Shown here one piece after another: positions 27,511 to 37,471 of a stretch of DNA of 64,000 nt. The translations under genes and the position numbers were made by a program. The notes under the pieces were generated by a model. The model saw only the letters and a program-made list of their open reading frames with translations, did no database searches and had not been told where the DNA came from. Position 1 is the stretch's first letter. Each line of letters opens with the position of its first letter. The DNA comes from a bacterium (lineage in GTDB: Bacteria; Bdellovibrionota_C; UBA2361; RFPC01): the NCBI GenBank assembly GCA_030428205.1, contig JAUIBK010000021.1, forward strand, positions 2,523 to 66,522. The letters run 5' to 3'.

Positions 27511-27805
27511 TTTGCATTACTTCTAAGAGAGGTCTACGTCAAACAATAAAATGTGACGACTATCATAAGCTGACTCGTATTTCTAATCAAAAGAAGCATT
27601 AGGCTTCCTAACCTCATCATATAAGGACATTTTTTCAGAAATCACCAGAGCACTTAACCTCCTCAGGCAGTTGAAACAGAGACTAAGTAAGAGCTAAACG
27701 GTAACAAGGATAGTCCCCAGACTCCCATAACCTAAGGAAGAAAACCCCCAAGCCACAAGAACCCGGGGACGCTGACACGCTCTTGCAAGCGTACCTACTA
27801 CGGAA

Positions 27806-28216
27806 CTAGCCGAAGATCAGCACACCCACAAAGGCGACTGAGAGGATCACCCCACCGACGAGGATGATCTTCGCGAGGAGAGGAGTCTTGATCGGCTCGA
27901 CCACGGTGGTACCGCGCAGCTGCCCCTCTTCGAGGTAACTCCCGCGAGAGTCGCTCTGCTGCATGTCCGCCTGTGCCGGCTCGCTCTCTCTCGGCTCGAC
28001 GTGACGACGAACCGGCGAAGCGAGCGGCGGCATGTGCTTCTTGCAGTACTGGTACACGCCCTTGGAGGTGTGCACCGGGACGCCGAGCTGCTCGTGGATC
28101 TCCATCGTAGACCCACCGCCGTTGACAATCGCCTGGGCCTGAGCAAGCACTTCGGGAGAGAGCCCGAACTTGCCCTTGGTAGTGGCTTGTGACAATAAAA
28201 CCTCCTCGGTTTTCAC
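27806..28216 (-). CDS. Small high-GC protein with possible N-terminal HTH-like segment and C-terminal membrane anchor
   Basis: STMEIHEQLGVPVHTSKGVYQY segment; hydrophobic tail IILVGGVILSVAFVGVLIFG; G/C-ending codons dominate. Confidence 0.6.
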   Translation of the reverse strand: MKTEEVLLSQATTKGKFGLSPEVLAQAQAIVNGGGSTMEIHEQLGVPVHTSKGVYQYCKKHMPPLASPVRRHVEPRESEPAQADMQQSDSRGSYLEEGQLRGTTVVEPIKTPLLAKIILVGGVILSVAFVGVLIFG

Positions 28217-28482
28217 CGATGTTTTGTAAGGGGATTAGCCTTACGACCTGAAAAAAGAGTCTGGATACTCATATGAGTGAGGAGAATCCCCACATAAAAA
28301 GGAACAGACAAATACCATATCGAACGAAATGAAATAATGTCAAAATGCGACAAAAAATCTGAGATCTTCAGCAGATTACCTGCGAGCTTCATATTGAAGC
28401 GCAACTCTCTCTTTTCCAGATAATCCAGAAAGTATTACTATAAAACCAGCAAATCCTGATTCCGAACCGCTTCATATTTAAA

Positions 28483-29400
28483 GTGTTTTCTATGAATACA
28501 TCCCCCCCTCCACAACAAATACTTCTCTCAGGAGCAAGCGGCCTTGTAGGTTCAGCCCTCGCCTCCAAACTCAGAGAGCAAGGTCACACCATCTACCAAC
28601 TTGTGAGACGTCCTCCGAAAAACCAGTATGAAATAAGCTGGGATCCCAACGAGGGAGATATCACAGAGCTTCCAGCATTGGATACAGCAATCCACCTGAG
28701 TGGCGAACCAATAGCAAACAAACGGTGGAGTCACGAACAAAAGACAAGAATTCTCACTAGCAGGGTTAACTCCACACGCCTGCTTGTTAGCAAGTTGTCC
28801 GAGCAGCCCACTCCTCCGAAATCTTTCCTTTGTGCTTCTGCAATTGGGTACTACGGGGAAACTGGCGATACGAGGTGCACAGAGCAGTCGCCAAACGGCA
28901 ACCTCTTCATCTCTGAAGTTTGTCGTATGTGGGAGGAAGAAGCGAGCCGAGCTGAGTCCTTTGGCATGAGAGTCGTCTCTTTTCGAATCGGAATCGTGCT
29001 CTCAACTAAAGGAGGAGCGTTAGCAAAAATGTTACCTCCGTTTAAACTTGGGCTAGGAGGACCGCTTGGTAACGGCAATCAGTATATGAGTTGGATTACG
29101 CTCTCTGATCTTGTTCGTGCGATAATCCACTGCGCACAGACCACCTCTCTCAGTGGCCCCGTCAACTTCTCTTCCCCCTCTCCAGTAATAAATAAGGAGT
29201 TCACTCGATCACTTGGGAGTGCACTGCGTCGCCCTGCTATTATTCCTCTTCCAGCATTTATAATACGACTTCTTCTTGGCCAAATGGGTCAAGAGTTACT
29301 ACTCTCAAGTACGGCGGTGACTCCCCAAAAGCTACTTGAGAGTGGGTTTGAATTTCAGCAAAAGACACTACAAGAAGCATTTTCATCTCTTTTTTCGTAA
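28483..29400 (+). CDS. TIGR01777/YfcH-family NAD-dependent epimerase-like oxidoreductase
   Basis: SGASGLVG, HLSGEPIANKRW, ASAIGYYG, RIGIVLSTKGGAL, GNQYMSWI. Confidence 0.9.
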   Translation: MFSMNTSPPPQQILLSGASGLVGSALASKLREQGHTIYQLVRRPPKNQYEISWDPNEGDITELPALDTAIHLSGEPIANKRWSHEQKTRILTSRVNSTRLLVSKLSEQPTPPKSFLCASAIGYYGETGDTRCTEQSPNGNLFISEVCRMWEEEASRAESFGMRVVSFRIGIVLSTKGGALAKMLPPFKLGLGGPLGNGNQYMSWITLSDLVRAIIHCAQTTSLSGPVNFSSPSPVINKEFTRSLGSALRRPAIIPLPAFIIRLLLGQMGQELLLSSTAVTPQKLLESGFEFQQKTLQEAFSSLFS

Positions 29401-29481
29401 GCTTATAGTGAGACTTTTCACATCTTACAACGACCCGCTATACTCTCTCGTGTTACAACTTTTGAAACAAAGGCCTTCTCT

Positions 29482-30057
29482 ATGCGTAATTCTCTCTTTC
29501 TTTCTCTTCTCTTTGTTCTGTTCGGCTGTAGCTCAGCAACCATAGATGGCGTGCCAGAGCACATTTCACCAACTGAAGTACGGTCAGTTGAGCTTTTCCT
29601 GAGCCGCTCATCAATGAATAAAACTGAATTTGAACAATTAAAACTCACGGCAGGTAATCTCTTTGCTGAATGTGGTCAGATCCGAGCTGGTCGTTTCTAC
29701 TCCGAGTCTCAAGGGCTTGAACCTCTTGAAGTGTCAGATGAGCAAACCATAAAAGTGAAAGCCACCGAGCTCTTAGCGTTGATCCGAGAAAACGATCCTC
29801 AGCTCGATGGGCCCGGTAATAACGACTCATTTTTCGATCCCGGTCAATTCTATCTCACTATCAACGGAGATAAATCACAGACATCCATTAAAACAAGTCT
29901 CGATAGTATCAGTGAACCCACGACAGAAAGCGAAAAGACCTTACACGATCTCGCTACAACACTCAGGAGCATCGCTGGCTCGAGCCTGTGTAGTAACCGT
30001 ACCTTTTACGGTATTGGCACCGAATATAGACCTTCTCAGCTCACATACGGCCCCTAG
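29482..30057 (+). CDS. Putative lipoprotein
   Basis: Lipobox LFGC after a hydrophobic stretch. Confidence 0.7.
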   Translation: MRNSLFLSLLFVLFGCSSATIDGVPEHISPTEVRSVELFLSRSSMNKTEFEQLKLTAGNLFAECGQIRAGRFYSESQGLEPLEVSDEQTIKVKATELLALIRENDPQLDGPGNNDSFFDPGQFYLTINGDKSQTSIKTSLDSISEPTTESEKTLHDLATTLRSIAGSSLCSNRTFYGIGTEYRPSQLTYGP

Positions 30058-30122
30058 GGTCCTAGGGTCGCATAACCTTAACCCCTTGATGGCCATCGGT
30101 TTTCCACCGTAAAATAGTCCGT

Positions 30123-31043
30123 ATGAGAAAGTCGAAGATCTATCTCTTGCAGTCTGGGCTCGCCCTTATCGCCGCCACGCTTGTAGGCTGCTCAACTCCT
30201 TCGTTTAAGGTTCACGACGGACTCATAAACCGGCTGAATAACCGTGGCCCTGTAGCACTGAGCTCTGAAAACCCTTACCTTGCGGCCAACCTACTTGTTT
30301 CACGTGAGATGAAAAAGAGCCCAGAGATTGGAGGATTTGTTCGGCACCGTGGAGCACCCTCTGCTATTGAAGTCCAAAAGGAATACTTCTCTCCTCTGCT
30401 GTTACAGTTTTACTACCCTGAAACACGTGAATACTTTTCGCTTGAGGACGCTGATGGTACTTGGATCATACGTGGCCCAATAGTCATTGGCCGTGAGAAG
30501 TTTAAAGAGGTGGCGAGGCTGACTCGAGGCTTGAGTGGCGAGCCACTTGTTCAGTTTCCAACTGAAGATCCCCTACCACAGGGAGAAACTCCTTTTACAC
30601 AACCAACCCAACCTGCTCAAACTTCCCCTACTTCCTCAGATAAAAAAGATCCGTTTATCGAGCGACTCCAAGCTTACGAAAAAGCGCAAGCAGCTCGACA
30701 ACAAAAGAGTGCCATGCAGCCTTTTCGAAGCGCATCAACTGCTAGCCCCTCACTTGAATCAATCATTACTCAAGAGGCAAAGTACGACGCCGAGCTCTCT
30801 CCGAAGGGTGATCTTGTGCACTACGTAACCTTTCCCGGTGAAACACTTTCGATGATCGCTCGGTGGTATACGAAGGACAGAAACAACGCTGGACGTCTTG
30901 CACGAATTAATCGCCTCGAGAATCCAAACTCTCTTGCACTTGGAGATGTCATCATCATCCCTACCTACCTTCTAAAGAACAAGAAACGACTTACCGAGAG
31001 TGCTGTTACGAAGCTTGCCTCCCTGGCCTCTAGCCAAAAATAA
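30123..31043 (+). CDS. LysM-domain lipoprotein
   Basis: Lipobox LVGC; C-terminal HYVTFPGETLSMIARWY...LARINRLENPNSLALGDVIIIP. Confidence 0.85.
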   Translation: MRKSKIYLLQSGLALIAATLVGCSTPSFKVHDGLINRLNNRGPVALSSENPYLAANLLVSREMKKSPEIGGFVRHRGAPSAIEVQKEYFSPLLLQFYYPETREYFSLEDADGTWIIRGPIVIGREKFKEVARLTRGLSGEPLVQFPTEDPLPQGETPFTQPTQPAQTSPTSSDKKDPFIERLQAYEKAQAARQQKSAMQPFRSASTASPSLESIITQEAKYDAELSPKGDLVHYVTFPGETLSMIARWYTKDRNNAGRLARINRLENPNSLALGDVIIIPTYLLKNKKRLTESAVTKLASLASSQK

Positions 31044-31177
31044 GCTTCGATTTTTTATAGTATTATCAGTAGACTAACGAGCAAACTCCAAGCGTGAGCA
31101 CTATCTCACTCTCAACTCTCTAGTTTTTCTTCGATTCTTTCGACCTGTCTTCTGTCAAGTCTTTACTCACTTAGGGG

Positions 31178-32374
31178 GTGTTTGTAGTGTCGCAACGGTT
31201 ATCCATTATCAGTATTCTTCTGCTTGCTTTCTGTTCATCATCTACATTCGCGGAGGTTCCAACAATCCCCGATGGGCCAGATGGGGCCTTTCTTCAATGC
31301 GAACAGGAAGAAGATGAAAGCTTTGGAGATTGTTGGGGAAGCATTATTCTTGTTCCAAAACAAAAGTACATCAACTTAAAGAAAGCAAAGAAAAAAATAC
31401 GAAAGAAAATACGAAAGGCAAGAAAAAATAAGAAAGCTGCAAATAAAGCAGGCAATCCATCCCTTACAGATCAATATCAACAAGACATCCTCACTTGGAA
31501 GTCTGTTCGCTCCGGCGCCCAGGAATGCAACCAGTTCTATGAAGTTGAATGCACTGACTCCGGTGGGGGTGACAACGAAGGAGGCGGCCAGCCTGGAGGT
31601 GGGAGCGGAAGTGGTGGTGGTGGAAACTCAACTTTCGATGAGGCTTGCACTGATGCAGGAGCCACTTCAGTTTCAGTAAACAGTAAGATCTTTCCGAGAA
31701 TCATCAACGGGGCTGTATGTACCCAAGGCTCAAGTCCTTGGGTAAAAATCACGGTCAACGGATCGGAGTACTGCACCGCTGGTATGATAGCGAACAATCT
31801 TGCTATAACAGCTGCTCACTGCGTAGAAGATATCGCATGTGGCAGTCTCACCTTTAACGATGGTCACGGCGGTTCCGCCAGTGGGCAAAATTGCACTTCT
31901 CATCCGAGCTATAGCTTTCCGAACTATGACCTAGCGCTCGTCGAACTTGATGGGACACTCAACACCGAGCTCTTAGCTGTCCACACCACTGACGATATTC
32001 AAGTTGGCGAACAAGTTCTCATGGCTGGCTTTGGTCGAAATGAAAACGAAACAGGTGAAGATATCGATGATGAAGCTATGCTTGCTGGGTATGCGTACGT
32101 CTCAAGTACAACCTCACAGCACATTAATACTGAATTTAATATTAACGACAACACCGAGGACTCTAATAGCTGTAATGGGGACTCGGGTGGACCACTGGCA
32201 GCTCAACGCAATGGCGTATGGAAATTGATTGGCGTCGTCTCTGGCGGTAATGCCGAAAACTGCGGGATGGAGCTCGGAGGAGAAGATGGTACGGATGACT
32301 CCTTCTGGACAAATGTTACTTCAGATTGGGCGCAACAATTCCTTGCTGACAATACAAGTGGAATTGTCGACTAG
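31178..32374 (+). CDS. Secreted trypsin-like (S1) serine protease with polybasic pro-region
   Basis: Signal peptide; R|IING activation site; TAAHC, YDLAL, CNGDSGGP triad motifs. Confidence 0.9.
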   Translation: MFVVSQRLSIISILLLAFCSSSTFAEVPTIPDGPDGAFLQCEQEEDESFGDCWGSIILVPKQKYINLKKAKKKIRKKIRKARKNKKAANKAGNPSLTDQYQQDILTWKSVRSGAQECNQFYEVECTDSGGGDNEGGGQPGGGSGSGGGGNSTFDEACTDAGATSVSVNSKIFPRIINGAVCTQGSSPWVKITVNGSEYCTAGMIANNLAITAAHCVEDIACGSLTFNDGHGGSASGQNCTSHPSYSFPNYDLALVELDGTLNTELLAVHTTDDIQVGEQVLMAGFGRNENETGEDIDDEAMLAGYAYVSSTTSQHINTEFNINDNTEDSNSCNGDSGGPLAAQRNGVWKLIGVVSGGNAENCGMELGGEDGTDDSFWTNVTSDWAQQFLADNTSGIVD

Positions 32375-32380
32375 AAGATA

Positions 32381-33319
32381 TTAGGAATGATACTGAACCC
32401 ATGAAGCATAGATATCACGAAGAGATGTTTCGATATCAATGTCTGGTTTCCAGCCAAAGGTAAGAAGGGCTTTATCAAAACATCCACGGACTTCTGGGAC
32501 CTCAGAAGGACGCATACGATCTGGATCTTGCTCAATGCGGACATCCAAGCCTGAGATATCAAGCAGAATATCGAGAATGGCCTGAATTGAAACAGAAGTT
32601 CCAGAGCTCAAATTATACACTCCAGCTGGGTGATCAAGGACAAGGTGATAAGCCCTCACCACGTCTCGAACATCCATAAAGTCACGAGCTGCTTCGAGGT
32701 TACCCACACGAATCACAGGCTCCGCCTTCCCCACTGAGATCTGCGCCAACTGTGAAGCAAAACTCGCAGTAACAAAGGAATCATTTTGCCCAGGACCAAT
32801 ATGATTAAAGGGGCGCATGATATACCCCTCAATCTTGCCACTCCGGTCGTAAAACTCTACGACCTCTTCCGCCATAAGTTTAGAGAGACTGTAAGCATTT
32901 GCCGGCCGCACGGGGGTATCTTCAGTAATAGGGATCTCTTCGGGAGCAATTTTTCCGTAGACCTCACCTGAACTGGCAAGCACCACTTTTACTGAACGAT
33001 CCATAGCAGCCGCAGCTCGGCACACCGAATGAACGCCTCCAACATTAATTCGTAGTGTATTTTGAAAATCACTCGCTGCTAGTGGAACAAAAGAAATTCC
33101 AGCTAAGTGATAGATAACATCCGGTGAGAAATTCTCAAAAATCTCAAGACACTGCGTTTCGTCTGCAACGTCACATGTTTCAACGGGAAAGGGCCTTTCC
33201 GGGCTATTCTTTGCATCAAGTACTCCGCCAAGAACTTCTACGCCTTGACCGACAAGATACTCACAAAGATAGCCCCCAACAAAACCACATGCTCCTGTTA
33301 CAAACGCTCGTTGCATCAC
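32381..33319 (-). CDS. rmd: GDP-4-dehydro-6-deoxy-D-mannose reductase-like extended SDR
   Basis: TGACGFVG, HLAGISFV, YSLSK, RPFNHIGPGQ, GNLEAARDFMDVRD; adjacent to gmd. Confidence 0.75.
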   Translation of the reverse strand: MMQRAFVTGACGFVGGYLCEYLVGQGVEVLGGVLDAKNSPERPFPVETCDVADETQCLEIFENFSPDVIYHLAGISFVPLAASDFQNTLRINVGGVHSVCRAAAAMDRSVKVVLASSGEVYGKIAPEEIPITEDTPVRPANAYSLSKLMAEEVVEFYDRSGKIEGYIMRPFNHIGPGQNDSFVTASFASQLAQISVGKAEPVIRVGNLEAARDFMDVRDVVRAYHLVLDHPAGVYNLSSGTSVSIQAILDILLDISGLDVRIEQDPDRMRPSEVPEVRGCFDKALLTFGWKPDIDIETSLRDIYASWVQYHS

Positions 33320-33327
33320 AGAAAGAA

Positions 33328-34314
<987 letters not shown>

Positions 34315-34495
34315 TTATCCATCTATCAATAGGTTATAAGAACGGTGGCTATGATAACCAAGTGGCCAACACCATTACAAGCCTTGGAAGTCCTAATTAT
34401 TAGGACGATCGCCAAAAGGAGCGCCTGAAAGGACATTCCCTTCGAGGATCACTCTAGAAGAAGACTCGACCCACTCAATGTGTTGATATTTATAA

Positions 34496-35566
34496 CTAAA
34501 TAAGGTCCTCTCGCCCTCTGGCTTTAAGCTCCTTGACGATCTTACGGACATCTTGAACCTTCTCACGAGGACAAACCATGACGGAGTCTCCAGCATCAAT
34601 CACCACAAGGTCCTTTGCGCCCACAAGTGCGACCATACGGTCAGCCGAGTAGAGAACACACCCCTGGGAATCAATAGCAAGCGCATCACCGTGGAGCAGG
34701 TTTCCTTCATCGTCTGTTTCAAAGTGATCCGCCCAGGCATCCCAAGAACCGACATCATTCCACCCGTAAGGAAGTGCTTGCACAACGGAGCAGTTTTTCG
34801 CATGCTCCATTACACCAAAATCAACTGAGATGCTCTCCATCTTCTCAAAAGCAGCAAGTGTTGCTTCTTGCTCTCTCTCGGTTCCAATGTGCTCCTCAAT
34901 AGTAAGAAGCGCCTCATAGACCCCAGGAAGATACTGCTCAAGTGCTCGAAGAAACACACGAGCTCTCCAGGTGAACATTCCGCTATTCCAGTAGAAGTCA
35001 CCTGAATCGAGATACTTTTGGGCACGAACTTGGTTCGGTTTTTCAAAAAATCTGTTTACGGCATACGAACCGCTGTGACCCGGAACAGGCTCACCACGCT
35101 GAATATAACCATAGGCCGTATCAGGTCGTAGAGGTGGAATCCCAACAGTCACAAGGCTATCAACATCTTCTGCAAGCCCGATCGCCGCCTGAAGTGTTTC
35201 TCGAAGCTTCTTTTCATCACTTACGGCGTGATCGGCAGGGAGGCAGACCATCACCGACTCAGGATCGTTGTGCGCAACATGCAAAGCAGCCAGCCCAAGA
35301 GCAGGTGCAGTGTTTCGTCCGATTGGTTCACACAGAAGTGAGGCATAAGGAACGTGCTCACGGATCCCCTCTTCATGGAGTTTGTTGGTTACGATCAGCA
35401 CATTATCTTCTCCAACAAGCGGAACGATACGTCTTGCAGTCGCTTGAATAAGGCTCTCTCCCGTTGCGCTTATTGAGAGAAACTGCTTAGGACGTTTCAT
35501 GCGACTAATTGGCCAAAACCTCGCGCCTTGGCCTCCGGCAAGAATGACTACTTTTGTCGATGCCAT
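34496..35566 (-). CDS. manC: Mannose-1-phosphate guanylyltransferase
   Basis: ILAGGQGARFWPISR...PKQFL, EPIGRNTAPA, PADH, FFEKP, WNSGMF, WNDVGSW. Confidence 0.92.
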   Translation of the reverse strand: MASTKVVILAGGQGARFWPISRMKRPKQFLSISATGESLIQATARRIVPLVGEDNVLIVTNKLHEEGIREHVPYASLLCEPIGRNTAPALGLAALHVAHNDPESVMVCLPADHAVSDEKKLRETLQAAIGLAEDVDSLVTVGIPPLRPDTAYGYIQRGEPVPGHSGSYAVNRFFEKPNQVRAQKYLDSGDFYWNSGMFTWRARVFLRALEQYLPGVYEALLTIEEHIGTEREQEATLAAFEKMESISVDFGVMEHAKNCSVVQALPYGWNDVGSWDAWADHFETDDEGNLLHGDALAIDSQGCVLYSADRMVALVGAKDLVVIDAGDSVMVCPREKVQDVRKIVKELKARGREDLI

Positions 35567-35569
35567 ATG

Positions 35570-36436
35570 TTATTCTCCTTTTAATCGCTTTATGTCTCGG
35601 AGGTGTCGTTGAAGCCCATCATTCCAGCTCAGAGGTGCTCTGCCAAGTAACTTCGTAAGTTTATCACACGACATAACAGAGTAGGCTGGTCTTGCTGCCG
35701 GACGAGGGAATGTTGAGGCTGGCACAGGTTCAAGCTCTACAGAAAAGTCACCATCAGCCAAACGTAAAATCTCTTGTGCAAAGTCAAACCACGAGACAGC
35801 CCCTCCACTACAGGCATGATAGATTCCTCCTTCCTTGATCCGACAGAGATCGAGTAGCACTCCCGCTAGCCAACCGGCCCAGGTAGGAGACATGATTTGA
35901 TCGGTAACAACCGAGAGCGTTTCTTTTAAGGCAAAGAGCTCAAGCATTGTATGCACAAAGTTTGCACCGTGCTGTCCGTGAAGAGAGGAAGTTCTCACAA
36001 TTGTCGCACTATCTCCGAGCACTTCGAGAATTCCTTGTTCTCCGGCAAGCTTTGATTCGCCATATACGTTTATCGGCAAAGTTGGGCTCTCTTCTGTGTA
36101 GGGTTCCTTCGCAGAACCGTCAAATACATAGTCTGTTGAAAGGTGTATCAACCGTGTCCCAGACTTCTTAGCGGCTTGGGCCAAGTAACGGGGCGCAGAC
36201 GCATTCACAGAAAAAGCCCCAGGGCGATCTTCTTCAGCATCATCAACTGCTGTGTATGCAGCACAGTTCAAAATAATATCTGGCTTGACCTGGGCAACGA
36301 AACTCTCAACACCCTGCTCATCTGTAATATCAAGCTCAGACAGTACAGGTGAAACAACATCAAAATGAAGTTTTTCAGCCCGAGGAACAATCTCCGAGCC
36401 AAGCTGGCCACTACGGCCAAAAAGCAAGATCTTCAT
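35570..36436 (-). CDS. rfbD: dTDP-4-dehydrorhamnose reductase
   Basis: GRSGQLG, AAYTAVDDAE, STDYVFDG, YGESKLAGE, PAARPAYS. Confidence 0.93.
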   Translation of the reverse strand: MKILLFGRSGQLGSEIVPRAEKLHFDVVSPVLSELDITDEQGVESFVAQVKPDIILNCAAYTAVDDAEEDRPGAFSVNASAPRYLAQAAKKSGTRLIHLSTDYVFDGSAKEPYTEESPTLPINVYGESKLAGEQGILEVLGDSATIVRTSSLHGQHGANFVHTMLELFALKETLSVVTDQIMSPTWAGWLAGVLLDLCRIKEGGIYHACSGGAVSWFDFAQEILRLADGDFSVELEPVPASTFPRPAARPAYSVMSCDKLTKLLGRAPLSWNDGLQRHLRDIKRLKGE

Positions 36437-36442
36437 TGCTGC

Positions 36443-37459
36443 TTATCGCCCAGAGTAGTGGCGCTCGTAGTAATCTCGATAGTCACCGGATTTAATCTCT
36501 TCCCACCAACTGCGATTCTCTTGGTACCAGGCAATTGTTCTGAGTAATCCGTCTTCGAAAGGAACCGAAGGCTCCCATCCTACCGCCTGATGAATCTTCG
36601 AGAAGTCTACAGCATACCTACGATCGTGAGCGAGACGATCGGTGACGAGCTGAATAAGAGCGCTTGGTTTATCCAGTGCAGAGCAGATAGCTTCAGCGAC
36701 AACTTTATTCGGAATCTCTGCGTCGTCGTCTCCCCCAATGTTATACGCCTGTCCAGATTCCCCCTGCTCACTGAGCAAAAGAAGTGCGTCACAGTGATCG
36801 GTAACATACAGCCAACTCCTCACATTCATTCCATCGCCATACAAAGGCAAAGACTTGTCTTCCATTGCATTGGAGATAAAGAGAGGAATAAATTTCTCAG
36901 GGAACTGGTAGGGCCCATAGTTATTCGTACACCGGGTAATAATCGTATCGAGACCATGAGTCTTATGAAACGCTTCAACAAGGAGATCGGACGAAGCCTT
37001 CGATGCGGCATAGGGACTTGTCGGATCGAGAGGCGTTAACTCTGTAAACTTCCCAGTTGCTCCAAGTGAGCCATAAACCTCATCAGTTGAAATGTGCATA
37101 AACCGCTTTACACCGACAGCAAGTGAGGCATCGAGAAGGTTTTGAGTCCCGAGGACATTCGTTCTGACAAACTCCGAGGCGCTGTGTATCGAGCGATCTA
37201 CGTGGCTCTCTGCGGCAAGATGAAAAACCATCTCAAATTGATCTTTTTCAAAGAGCGCATGAACTGACTCCGCATCGGATATATCGCACTTCACAAAAGT
37301 CACTTTCCCCGCATCAACAAGCGAAGAGATATTGTGGAGATTGCCTGCGTAGGTGAGCGCATCAACGACTGTAATCTTCCAATCAGGGCGATGATCGTGA
37401 AGATAATGCACTAGATTACTACCAATAAATCCGGCACCGCCGGTAATAAGAACATTCAT
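36443..37459 (-). CDS. rfbB: dTDP-glucose 4,6-dehydratase
   Basis: TGGAGFIGSN, DALTYAGN, AAESHVDRSI, STDEVYGSL, NNYGPYQFPEKFIP, HDRRYA. Confidence 0.95.
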   Translation of the reverse strand: MNVLITGGAGFIGSNLVHYLHDHRPDWKITVVDALTYAGNLHNISSLVDAGKVTFVKCDISDAESVHALFEKDQFEMVFHLAAESHVDRSIHSASEFVRTNVLGTQNLLDASLAVGVKRFMHISTDEVYGSLGATGKFTELTPLDPTSPYAASKASSDLLVEAFHKTHGLDTIITRCTNNYGPYQFPEKFIPLFISNAMEDKSLPLYGDGMNVRSWLYVTDHCDALLLLSEQGESGQAYNIGGDDDAEIPNKVVAEAICSALDKPSALIQLVTDRLAHDRRYAVDFSKIHQAVGWEPSVPFEDGLLRTIAWYQENRSWWEEIKSGDYRDYYERHYSGR

Positions 37460-37471
37460 AGAAATAGTCCT

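Noticed and set aside
25990..28400. Prophage or genomic island at tRNA-Leu
   Set aside because: The duplicated 3' end encloses only 72 bp; I saw no integrase, phage gene or distal att copy
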